A stretch of DNA of 53,999 nucleotides from a virus. Taxonomy: Duplodnaviria; Caudoviricetes. The DNA is taken from positions 1 through 53,999 of the IMG/VR virus record IMGVR_UViG_3300034061_004173; one strand, given 5' to 3'. The notes under the pieces are model-generated. The model was given only the letters and a program-made list of their open reading frames with translations. It searched no databases and was not told where the DNA came from. The number at the start of each line of letters is the position of its first letter. Position 1 is the stretch's first letter. The position numbers and the translations under genes were made by a program. Of this stretch, positions 1 to 7,804 are shown piece after piece.

Positions 1-1
1 C

Positions 2-448
2 AATCCTGAAAGTCAAAGCGCACTTATTGCAGTCGGAAATCCCGCAGATAAAATAAAACTGTTGGGAAAACTACCTGAAAACACAAAGTTTTGGAATTAT
101 ATTTCTCCAAACGCCTATGTTAATAATTTGACGTTAGGAACAGGTAATTTTATTTGTGCGGGAGTTATTATTACAACTAATGTAAAGATTGGAAATCACG
201 TTCACTTAAACCTACAAACAACTATTGGACACGATTCAGTATTAGGGGATTTTGTAACAACCGCACCAAGCGTAAACATTAGCGGAAACGTTATTGTGGG
301 TAAAGGAGTTTATTTAGGAACTAAATCTTGCATTAGAGAGAAAATATCAATATGCGACAATGTTATATTGGGTATGAACGCAGGAGTAGTTAGCGACATA
401 CAAGAAAGTGGTGTTTATGTTGGAACACCTGCTAAAAAAATCAAGTAG
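2..448 (+). CDS. Hexapeptide-repeat sugar O/N-acetyltransferase (NeuD/PglD-like), 5'-truncated by window edge
   Basis: Frame open from base 2 (..ALIAVGNP..); LbH hexapeptide repeats (IGNHVHLN, IGHDSVLGDFV, VGKGVYLG); C-terminal YVGTPAK. Confidence 0.85.
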   Translation, partial: NPESQSALIAVGNPADKIKLLGKLPENTKFWNYISPNAYVNNLTLGTGNFICAGVIITTNVKIGNHVHLNLQTTIGHDSVLGDFVTTAPSVNISGNVIVGKGVYLGTKSCIREKISICDNVILGMNAGVVSDIQESGVYVGTPAKKIK

Positions 449-451
449 TTT

Positions 452-955
452 ATGATTGTTCAGCAGTTAGAAAAAAAAGAAGTAAGACCTTGTAAAGACT
501 ATCAGTTAAGGGTTTTGTTTCTTGACCCTAAACCAATTTACGACAGGATTAAAGTTGACCATTTTAAAAGAAATCAAGGTGTTGATTTTGCTTCTATGTT
601 TCCTAAAAATGGAAATATTTGTGGTTGTGGTTGTGGTGCGGAATTAACAGGTAAAAGAAGACGTTGGGCGACTGATGATTGTAAAAATTTTACCTATGCA
701 GTTTGGGCTATTATAAATGGTTATTCAGAAACAATATCAAGTTATCTAAAATTATATCACGGTATAATTGCCTGTGTTGAGTGCGGAATTACAGATGTTT
801 ATACAGAGTATAAAAACGGAGTATGTGTAAGTTCAATTCACAAAGACCACATCATACCTGTTTTTAAAGGCGGAGGCGGTTGTTGGTTGTCTAATTATCA
901 ATATCTTTGCGATACTTGTCATAAAGAAAAAACAAAAAACGATTTAAAAAAATAA
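452..955 (+). CDS. HNH endonuclease with Zn-binding Cys motifs
   Basis: CxxC..DHIIPVFKGGG..NYQYLCDTCHKEKT is an HNH signature; N-terminal CGCGCG. Confidence 0.8.
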   Translation: MIVQQLEKKEVRPCKDYQLRVLFLDPKPIYDRIKVDHFKRNQGVDFASMFPKNGNICGCGCGAELTGKRRRWATDDCKNFTYAVWAIINGYSETISSYLKLYHGIIACVECGITDVYTEYKNGVCVSSIHKDHIIPVFKGGGGCWLSNYQYLCDTCHKEKTKNDLKK

Positions 956-958
956 AAT

Positions 959-1603
959 ATGGAAATTAAAATCACACAACTTTCGTTGGATATGGTTAGA
1001 CAAATCGCTACTGAAGTAGCAACGTTCCACCATCATTATCACATACTTTACGACATCGCAAATACTTTTGGCGACAAGAAGATTAATTACGTTGAAATTG
1101 GTGCTTATGCGGGGGGTAGTTCTTGCTTAATGATGCAAAGACCTGACACAACAATTATAAGTATTGACTTGGGAGTGCCAATCCCTAAAGCGGTTGTTTT
1201 CGAGAATGTAATTAATTATAAAAGTAATAATAATTATTATAAATTTATTGAGGGAAATTCTCAATCTCAAACGACAAAAGACAAGGTTATCGAAACATTA
1301 AGCAATTCAAGAGTATTGGGCTATACTAATAAAATAGACATATTGTTTATTGACGGCGACCATAGTTTTGATGGGGTTTTTAATGATTTTTCAATGTACG
1401 AAGAATTAGTAAATGTTGGTGGGTATATTATCTTCGATGATTACAATGATAAAGAGTTTAGCCCTGAAGTTAAAAGCGCAGTAGATGGTTTAATACCAAG
1501 CCTTTCAAATTACGAAATCATTGGTACATTAGAAAATAAATTGGGCGCATATCCAAGCGAACTTAAAGAGGGTAATTGTTTTGTTATTAAAAAAATAAAA
1601 TAA
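959..1603 (+). CDS. Class I SAM-dependent methyltransferase (Methyltransf_24-like)
   Basis: YVEIGAYAGGS motif I; IDILFIDGDHS; GGYIIFDDY. Confidence 0.85.
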   Translation: MEIKITQLSLDMVRQIATEVATFHHHYHILYDIANTFGDKKINYVEIGAYAGGSSCLMMQRPDTTIISIDLGVPIPKAVVFENVINYKSNNNYYKFIEGNSQSQTTKDKVIETLSNSRVLGYTNKIDILFIDGDHSFDGVFNDFSMYEELVNVGGYIIFDDYNDKEFSPEVKSAVDGLIPSLSNYEIIGTLENKLGAYPSELKEGNCFVIKKIK

Positions 1604-2310
1604 TGACATTAGGAGTTACGATACATACATATCAAAGAGCGGACGGTCAAACCCCAAACTTGCTTTTAAAAACTATTCAAAGCGTAGCAAATCAGTCGTA
1701 CCAAAATTTTAAAATATTTATTGTTGGAGATAAATACGAAAACAATCAGGAATTTGAAGACATTATAAATGGATTTGTTGATATTGCCGATAAAGTAGTA
1801 TTTGAAAATTTACCTTTTGCCAACGAAAGAGATAAGTATTTAGGAGTTAATAATACTGCTCTTTGGAATTGTGGTGGCGCAAACGCATTAAATCACGCTA
1901 ATAATTTGGCTAAAGCACACGGAATTACTAAAGTATGCCACATCGACCACGATGATTTATGGTTGCCAAATCATTTAGAATTGATTGCCAAGACCATTGT
2001 CGAAAAACAAAACCCTGCTTTTATTTACACTTTAAGCAGATATTTAGACAATCCTGTATTTCCTCAAATGCCTACTGACAAGGAAGTTGTTGAGTCTTAT
2101 CCTGCATATTGCTCTTTAATCCATAGTTCTGTTTATTATGATTTAGAACAAATACATTTGCCGTATCGGGATTTATGGGCTGAAGAGGGTAGGTATTTTC
2201 CGAGTGACGGAGATTTATGGGACAGAATAGCAGAAAAATGTAAAAAAGAAAATTTAAAAAGTTACGTCATAAGAGAGGTAACTTGTATTCACGATAAAGA
2301 AAATCATTAA
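1603..2310 (+). CDS. Glycosyltransferase family 2 (GT-A)
   Basis: VTIHTYQR..IQSVANQSYQNFKIFIVGD; DHDD DxD-type motif; overlaps the upstream stop (TAATG). Confidence 0.8.
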   Translation: MTLGVTIHTYQRADGQTPNLLLKTIQSVANQSYQNFKIFIVGDKYENNQEFEDIINGFVDIADKVVFENLPFANERDKYLGVNNTALWNCGGANALNHANNLAKAHGITKVCHIDHDDLWLPNHLELIAKTIVEKQNPAFIYTLSRYLDNPVFPQMPTDKEVVESYPAYCSLIHSSVYYDLEQIHLPYRDLWAEEGRYFPSDGDLWDRIAEKCKKENLKSYVIREVTCIHDKENH

Positions 2311-2312
2311 TT

Positions 2313-2486
2313 ATGGAAAGAATGTTTACAGACATAGGTTTTGAGGTTACGAAATATGTCGCCAATAAAAGAACAAAATTTGTAGAGTCAAGAGAAGAAG
2401 CGTTAAAATTAACTGAAAAAGTAGGTTATTTTTATATGATTTTTGACGTAAAGAAAAATGCAATCGGTTACGGAATTCCTAACTAA
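2313..2486 (+). CDS. Hypothetical protein, 57 aa (not in ORF track)
   Basis: ATG 2313 to TAA 2486, MERMFTDIGFEV...GYGIPN, directly after the GT2 stop. Confidence 0.55.
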   Translation: MERMFTDIGFEVTKYVANKRTKFVESREEALKLTEKVGYFYMIFDVKKNAIGYGIPN

Positions 2487-2525
2487 AAAAAAACTAATTT
2501 ATTTTTTTAGTACCAAAATATTTTT

Positions 2526-2533
2526 TATATTTG
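2526..2533 (+). promoter_or_regulatory. Bacteroidota sigma70 -7 element TATATTTG
   Basis: Matches TAnnTTTG, 27 bp upstream of ATG 2561. Confidence 0.6.
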
Positions 2534-2560
2534 TAATCAAGAAACTTTATAAAAACAACA

Positions 2561-2887
2561 ATGGAAAAAACTCACACAATTATTTATGGTTCTTCTGACG
2601 ATTTAGTAGAAGTAAACGGACAAGTAGATGCCGAATACGACAACTACACACTTGCTAAAAGAGGAATACCTTTTGAATGTTCAGATGAAACAAAAGGAAC
2701 AATCACTTATGATGGGGATTGGAAAATAAAAATAGAAAAACAGGGTTCTCTGTTTCAAGAATTAAGACCAAACGTAGGGGACAATGGTAAACATACGGAT
2801 TTGGCTTTTAAATGCACCCCTTATAGTGATGTACTTATATTAAAAGACGGTATTTTTTGGGTTAAAATAAACGGCAAAAAAGTTTAG
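2561..2887 (+). CDS. Hypothetical phage protein
   Basis: ORF with A-rich leader; IYGSSDDLVEV N-terminus. Confidence 0.6.
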   Translation: MEKTHTIIYGSSDDLVEVNGQVDAEYDNYTLAKRGIPFECSDETKGTITYDGDWKIKIEKQGSLFQELRPNVGDNGKHTDLAFKCTPYSDVLILKDGIFWVKINGKKV

Positions 2888-2898
2888 TTTATATATTT

Positions 2899-3333
2899 AT
2901 GATTCAGCCAAAAGAATTAAGGATTGGAAATATTTTATATTTTTCGTTCACAGATGAATTTGTAGAAGTATTAGGTATAAATGCTCACGAACAAAATAAC
3001 GAAATAACTAATAGTATATCTTTCAAAAAAGATGCAAGTCTTTATTGTGAAAAAATAAGCGTACTGCAACCAATTAAATTAACTGAAGAAGTTTTTTTGA
3101 ATAATTTAGGTGGTCAAAAAGATAGCGATAATTGTGTTTTTACATATTTAGATGCTCGTTATGATTTGAGAATATACCCGCTTATTGATGAAAAAACAAA
3201 AGAAATTTTCGGTATATGTTTGTGTAAGGGTGCTTATGGGAAACTTGAAAGTCATTGTCATATAAAGTCTTTACATCAAGTTCAGAATTACTATTACATA
3301 AAAACAGGACAAGAACTAACAATAAAAAAATAA
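2899..3333 (+). CDS. Hypothetical phage protein (ELRIGN N-terminus, LHQxQN C-terminus)
   Basis: Terminal motifs resemble a Bacteroidota phage protein family (recollection). Confidence 0.6.
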   Translation: MIQPKELRIGNILYFSFTDEFVEVLGINAHEQNNEITNSISFKKDASLYCEKISVLQPIKLTEEVFLNNLGGQKDSDNCVFTYLDARYDLRIYPLIDEKTKEIFGICLCKGAYGKLESHCHIKSLHQVQNYYYIKTGQELTIKK

Positions 3334-3336
3334 ATT

Positions 3337-3711
3337 ATGAGTGAAGAAATTAAGTTTAAATCAGAACCCTCTTTAGAGGTAATGCAAATTGCTTTTGTTT
3401 GTCATCAAGCGAACAAGGCTTGGTGTGAAGCAAATGACGACAGAACACAAAAAGATTGGCACGGTGCAGAGGGTTGGCAACGTCAAAGCGCAATAAAAGG
3501 AGTAGTGTTTAGATTAGAAAATCCAAACGCAGGACACGATGCTCAACATAACGCTTGGTTGGAAGAAAAAGTAAATGACGGTTGGGTTTACGGAGAAATT
3601 AAAGATGCCGAAGCCAAAACACACCCTTGTATTGTTCCTTTTGAACAACTACCTGAATTCCAAAAGAAAAAAGACGCACTTTTCTGTGCTATTGTTGATT
3701 CACTAAAATAA
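3337..3711 (+). CDS. RyR-domain phage protein
   Basis: HNAWLEEKVNDGWVYGEIKDAEAKTHPCIVPFEQLPEFQKKKD matches the RyR repeat pattern. Confidence 0.75.
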   Translation: MSEEIKFKSEPSLEVMQIAFVCHQANKAWCEANDDRTQKDWHGAEGWQRQSAIKGVVFRLENPNAGHDAQHNAWLEEKVNDGWVYGEIKDAEAKTHPCIVPFEQLPEFQKKKDALFCAIVDSLK

Positions 3712-3716
3712 TAAAA

Positions 3717-4985
3717 ATGGCTACAAAACCACAAAAAATTACTAACCTATTATTCTTCGGGGATTTTGGGTGTACTACGGGATTCGGAAACGTATCAAAA
3801 GAACTTATTGACCATTGGTCAAAAGATAAAAATTTAAGAATAGTTGTTTTTGCAATTAACAACTTTGCGGAATCCCCTTATGACTATAAGGACAACGTAA
3901 AGGTATTACCTGCTATGACTATTTCAGAAAAAAAAGACGATGTTTATTGCCGAATTGAGTTCTTGAAAACCATTTACCAAAACGATTTTGATGTTATATT
4001 CTGTTTGAATGATATTGAGATTTTTAATGAAATGGGGGAGCATTTCTTAAACGTAAGAAACGAAAAAAGAAAAGAAAATAGAAAGAATTTTAAGTCTATG
4101 GTTTATTTCCCTATTGATAGTGAGCCAAGACCTGTCGATTTAAAAATATTAGACTTCTTTGACGAAGTAATTACTTATACGGAATACGCCAAAAAAGTAA
4201 TGACCCCATTGACTACAAAGTCAAACGCAAAAAAGATTAGAGTTATTCCTCACGGGTGTAATACTAATGAGTTTTACCCTTTAACAAACGAAGAGAAACT
4301 TGAAGCGAAATTAGAAATTTTAGGCGAAGCAGGAGATGCTGAAACTTATTTATTTGGTAGTGTAAATAGAAATTCTGCGAGAAAAGATTTGGCAAGTTTA
4401 ATATTAGGTTTTGCTACATTCAAGCACCATAATCAAGTAAAAGCCGTGTTGTATTTACATTGTAATCCGTTAGACCCATCAGGTATAAATATGTACCGTC
4501 TTTGCGAAAGAGTAGGTTTAAGAGTTGGGTTAGATGTCCTTTTTCCAAAAGAATTTTCTGAAAACAAAGGTTGTGATAACGTTCAGTTAAATAGAATTTA
4601 CAATGCTTTTAACTGCTTCATTACAACTACTACGGCAGAGGGTTGGGGTCTTACAGTTACAGAGGCTATGGCTACAAAAACATTAGTTATTTGCCCTAAA
4701 CATACTTCTTTAACAGAAATAACAAATAATGGCGACTTAACATTAAACTTTATGTTTATGCAACCTGCCGTTTTTGTTAACGATTTTGAAAAGATAAGAT
4801 TTACTTGTAATCCAAGTGAAGTAAACACTTTGTTAGGAGTTGCTTACAATTTAATTAATGACGAGGAAGAGTTACAATTTATGGTTGCTGAAAAAATCGA
4901 AAAGGCTTACGAAAAAGTAAGAGGTATGAAATGGGAAAATATCGCAAAACAATTTAAGTTAAAAATAGATAAACTTGCAAAATAG
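3717..4985 (+). CDS. Glycosyltransferase family 4 (GT-B)
   Basis: TGFGNV N-terminal motif; VIPHG; NRNSARK; EGWGLTVTEAMA (EX7E). Confidence 0.85.
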   Translation: MATKPQKITNLLFFGDFGCTTGFGNVSKELIDHWSKDKNLRIVVFAINNFAESPYDYKDNVKVLPAMTISEKKDDVYCRIEFLKTIYQNDFDVIFCLNDIEIFNEMGEHFLNVRNEKRKENRKNFKSMVYFPIDSEPRPVDLKILDFFDEVITYTEYAKKVMTPLTTKSNAKKIRVIPHGCNTNEFYPLTNEEKLEAKLEILGEAGDAETYLFGSVNRNSARKDLASLILGFATFKHHNQVKAVLYLHCNPLDPSGINMYRLCERVGLRVGLDVLFPKEFSENKGCDNVQLNRIYNAFNCFITTTTAEGWGLTVTEAMATKTLVICPKHTSLTEITNNGDLTLNFMFMQPAVFVNDFEKIRFTCNPSEVNTLLGVAYNLINDEEELQFMVAEKIEKAYEKVRGMKWENIAKQFKLKIDKLAK

Positions 4986-4991
4986 ATTATT

Positions 4992-5216
4992 ATGAAAAAG
5001 AAACTAATAAGTTTAGACGAACATAATACTACAAATTCAACTTTTCATTGGGGAATGATGGCGCAAAGCCCTGTTCCCAATGGAATTGCTTGTCCTAAAT
5101 GCGGAGAAGAATTACTTGATACTCAACCTAACGTAACTCTAACTTCAATGCCACCAAAAAAGAATGTTGGTTGCTCAAGTGAAAAGTGCGACTATACAGG
5201 GTATAGAATTGCTTAA
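4992..5216 (+). CDS. Small Zn-ribbon protein
   Basis: CPKCG ... CSSEKC. Confidence 0.6.
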   Translation: MKKKLISLDEHNTTNSTFHWGMMAQSPVPNGIACPKCGEELLDTQPNVTLTSMPPKKNVGCSSEKCDYTGYRIA

Positions 5217-5227
5217 TAAAGAAACCA

Positions 5228-5531
5228 AGAACCCTATTGCAAGGTAAAGTGCTATAAATACTATGGAGATTAAAATAGATTACAAACCCGATGAACAAGG
5301 TAAGTTTGGTACAGATGAAATAACTATAAACATAAAAAATGTTTCTACATCTGCTTTGTTGATACTTAAAAGAGAATTAAAAGAACTTTTTGAAAAAAAC
5401 AAGGAACAAGATTCTTTTAATTGGTTAAGTTTTGCTGATTTATGTTTTGAATTAAGTAATTCTTTAGAAGCAGAAAAAAAATTGAAATTATAGAACCCGA
5501 TTGCAAGGATAAGTGCTATAAATACTATGGA
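5228..5531 (+). repeat. 40-bp direct repeat pair (5228-5267, 5492-5531) ending in the start codons of two adjacent genes
   Basis: agaaccc(t/g)attgcaagg(ta/at)aagtgctataaatactATGGA, 37/40 identical, period 264 bp. Confidence 0.9.
5263..5493 (+). CDS. Hypothetical protein
   Basis: ORF bracketed by the 40-bp repeats. Confidence 0.6.
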   Translation: MEIKIDYKPDEQGKFGTDEITINIKNVSTSALLILKRELKELFEKNKEQDSFNWLSFADLCFELSNSLEAEKKLKL

Positions 5532-5790
5532 TAATCAAGTTGAAAGAGAATTAACTTTCGGAGAAAAAGCGGTTGGATTAACGTTTAATCCATCAGGCGA
5601 TGAAAAAGTAAACAGAGCAAAAAGGCTAATGGCAGATGCTTTAGATTTGCTAAAAGAAGTTGAAGCGGAAAAAACTGACGGCGGAAAAGCGATTTCAAGT
5701 TGGGAAGCAAATGTTTTTAGAACCAACGCTTTCAATAAAATAATTGATGCTCAAATGGCTTTAGTTAAGTATATTACTTGGAATAACTAA
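5527..5790 (+). CDS. Putative Acb2/Tad1-like helical-hairpin nucleotide-sponge protein
   Basis: LTFGEKAVGLTFNPSG..AKRLMADALDLL..AQMALVKYITW pattern and 87-aa size; family assignment from recollection. Confidence 0.5.
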   Translation: MDNQVERELTFGEKAVGLTFNPSGDEKVNRAKRLMADALDLLKEVEAEKTDGGKAISSWEANVFRTNAFNKIIDAQMALVKYITWNN

Positions 5791-5811
5791 AACATAAATC
5801 TTATATTAAAT

Positions 5812-5852
5812 AAAAAACCCACCCTTTTAATAAAGAGTGGGTTATTTTTTTT
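5812..5852. terminator. Bidirectional intrinsic terminator
   Basis: A-tract, AACCCAC..GTGGGTT stem, T-tract; lies between convergent genes. Confidence 0.75.
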
Positions 5853-5866
5853 CAAATTAGCAAGAA

Positions 5867-5989
5867 TTATGCTCTTTTGAATAATCCAACTTTGTAGGCG
5901 ATTCCAAGTGATAATGCAATTATAATTACATTATGTACATTGTTACCTCCAAGAAAATTAGGACTTTTGATGTCTAAAACTCCACTCAT
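5867..5989 (-). CDS. 40-aa single-TM peptide; only credible minus-strand gene (not in ORF track)
   Basis: MSGVLDIKSPNFLGGNNVHNVIIIALSLGIAYKVGLFKRA*; has its own promoter and the terminator downstream. Confidence 0.65.
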   Translation of the reverse strand: MSGVLDIKSPNFLGGNNVHNVIIIALSLGIAYKVGLFKRA

Positions 5990-6021
5990 AATCTTTTTTT
6001 TAATTATTAATTAATAAGACA

Positions 6022-6054
6022 CAAATGTAAACAATTATTTTTTACATTTACAAA
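6022..6054 (-). promoter_or_regulatory. Bacteroidota promoter (-33 TTTG, 21 nt, -7 TACATTTG) for the minus-strand peptide
   Basis: Reverse complement of caaatgta (6022-6029) and caaa (6051-6054). Confidence 0.65.
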
Positions 6055-6144
6055 TTATTATGCAGATAAATATTATTAATCAAAAATATGCAAAAATTTA
6101 GGTGCTTAACGAAAGTGTTTAAAAATTATTATTTATAATAAGAT

Positions 6145-6175
6145 TTTGAAGTTTCGTTTCGATTTATTATATTTG
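6145..6175 (+). promoter_or_regulatory. Bacteroidota promoter (-33 TTTG, 19 nt, -7 TATATTTG) heading the toxin/polyprotein operon
   Basis: TTTG 6145-6148, TATATTTG 6168-6175, ATG at 6195. Confidence 0.75.
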
Positions 6176-6194
6176 TACATTAATCTTTAAGATA

Positions 6195-7142
6195 ATGAAA
6201 GACAATCATATAGACTATTCAGATTACTACGCAGAGGGTGGAAAAGTCGATAACAATATTCCTTTAAAAATTAGAAAAGAAATTTACGACAAGGACGGGG
6301 AAAGACGTATAGACGAAAGAGCAATCGAAGTTCTTACTAACTATGCCGAAAACTTACCTCAAACAAAAGACCTAAATACAAGTAAAACAACAGGGGATTA
6401 CTACCCTGAAAGAAAAAAACTTCACGAAAAAATAATGGATTCATTCAAGGCTGACTTGATTTGTATTCAAAATGACGAACCAATCGCTATCCTTATGGGT
6501 GGTTCTCCTGCGAGTGGTAAAAGTACATTCTTGAGAAAATACGCTCCTTATTTGCTAAAAGAAGAAATTTTAAAAGTTGATGCTGATGAGATTAGAGCAA
6601 AACTTCCTGAATATAAAGGTTGGAATGCAACTCAAACGCACCAAGAAACCAAAGATATTGTTAATACTCTTTTGAGTGATAGAACTATCGGAATTCCTTG
6701 TAAATACGATATTATTTATGACGGAACTATGAATAGCACCAAGAGTTATTTTCCATTAATTGCTCTATTGAAAAAGTTAGGTTACAAAATATTCATTGTT
6801 TACATTGACAAAGTTGAAGAGGAAGTAATTAAAAAACGTGCTTTAGAAAGGTACAAAAAGAGTGGGCGATTTGTCCCAATGGCAGTAATTGACGATTTCT
6901 TCACGAGGGGCAAAAGCGCACTTAACGAATTGAAAGACAAAGCAGACGGATATATGGTAATTGACGGTTCAGACGGAGAATACCGAATAGTTGAGCGTGG
7001 AGGAATGAAATTACCTAAACGCCGTGCTTATTCAAAATTGGGAGTTCCGATTGCAAAGTTGGAAAAACAAAGCAAAATGGAAGAGGGTGGTATTACTCAA
7101 AGTGGTACGCCTGACTATTTAAGAATGTTTTTAGGTAAATAA
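6195..7142 (+). CDS. Zeta-toxin (PezT-like) P-loop kinase with YAEGG and MEEGG motifs and a PDYLRMFLGK tail
   Basis: GGSPASGKST Walker A; VDADEIRAKLPEY; IIYDGTM; ERYKKSGRFVP. Confidence 0.8.
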   Translation: MKDNHIDYSDYYAEGGKVDNNIPLKIRKEIYDKDGERRIDERAIEVLTNYAENLPQTKDLNTSKTTGDYYPERKKLHEKIMDSFKADLICIQNDEPIAILMGGSPASGKSTFLRKYAPYLLKEEILKVDADEIRAKLPEYKGWNATQTHQETKDIVNTLLSDRTIGIPCKYDIIYDGTMNSTKSYFPLIALLKKLGYKIFIVYIDKVEEEVIKKRALERYKKSGRFVPMAVIDDFFTRGKSALNELKDKADGYMVIDGSDGEYRIVERGGMKLPKRRAYSKLGVPIAKLEKQSKMEEGGITQSGTPDYLRMFLGK

Positions 7143-7804
7143 ATTATGGCAAAACAGTTATTAGCACCTAACGGAAAACCAAGCAACCTTAATGCTACGC
7201 AGTACGAATTAGTTCGTACTCCTGCGTTTAAAAAGTGGTTTGGGGATTGGGAAAAAAAGCCTGATGATAATATGCTTGTAGATGAAAATGGAGAGCCTCT
7301 TATTTTTTGGCACACAGGCGGTAATTGGACGGAATTAGATGTATCAAGAGGAAGTGGGTTGATGTTTGCTTTCACAAAAGATACTCCTGCTTATTCGGCA
7401 AAAGAAAAGATAACAAGACCCTTTTTTATAAAATCGGATTTCATTTATATTGTAAAGTACGAACAAAGGGACAGTCCAAAAAAATATTTAAAACCTACAA
7501 AGCATAAAAATCCTGTATATTTTGTTCAGGCTTACGGTGGTTTTATTATTGTTCACAACCCAACGCAAATAAAAATTGCTGATGGAACAAATACAACTTT
7601 TGATTCAAGTAATGATGATATTAGATTTGAAGAGGGCGGTATTAGCCAAATTGGTACGCCTGACTATTTAAGAATGTTTTTAGGGAAATAAATTATGGCA
7701 AAAGAATTATTAGCACCTAACGGAAAACCAAGCAACCTAACTACCGAGCAATATAAATTAGTTCGTACTCCTGCGTTTAAAAAGTGGTTTGGGGATTGGG
7801 AAAA
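7080..7804 (+). repeat. About 175-bp direct repeat (7080-7255 / 7629-7804) spanning gene end, spacer and next gene start
   Basis: gaagaggg.ggtatta...cctgactatttaagaatgtttttagg.aaataaattatggcaaaa...ttagcacctaacggaaaaccaagcaacct...tggggattgggaaaa; period 549 bp. Confidence 0.9.
7146..7691 (+). CDS. Short/divergent ART-PolyVal-like ADP-ribosyltransferase domain protein
   Basis: RTPAFKKWFGDWE..VDENGEPLIFWH..QIKIADGTNTTFD..DIRF; paralog of the next gene. Confidence 0.6.
   Translation: MAKQLLAPNGKPSNLNATQYELVRTPAFKKWFGDWEKKPDDNMLVDENGEPLIFWHTGGNWTELDVSRGSGLMFAFTKDTPAYSAKEKITRPFFIKSDFIYIVKYEQRDSPKKYLKPTKHKNPVYFVQAYGGFIIVHNPTQIKIADGTNTTFDSSNDDIRFEEGGISQIGTPDYLRMFLGK

Noticed and set aside
6195-7142. 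Classical epsilon-zeta toxin-antitoxin module
   Set aside because: No antitoxin-sized co-oriented ORF between the promoter and zeta; the context is a cargo-like operon
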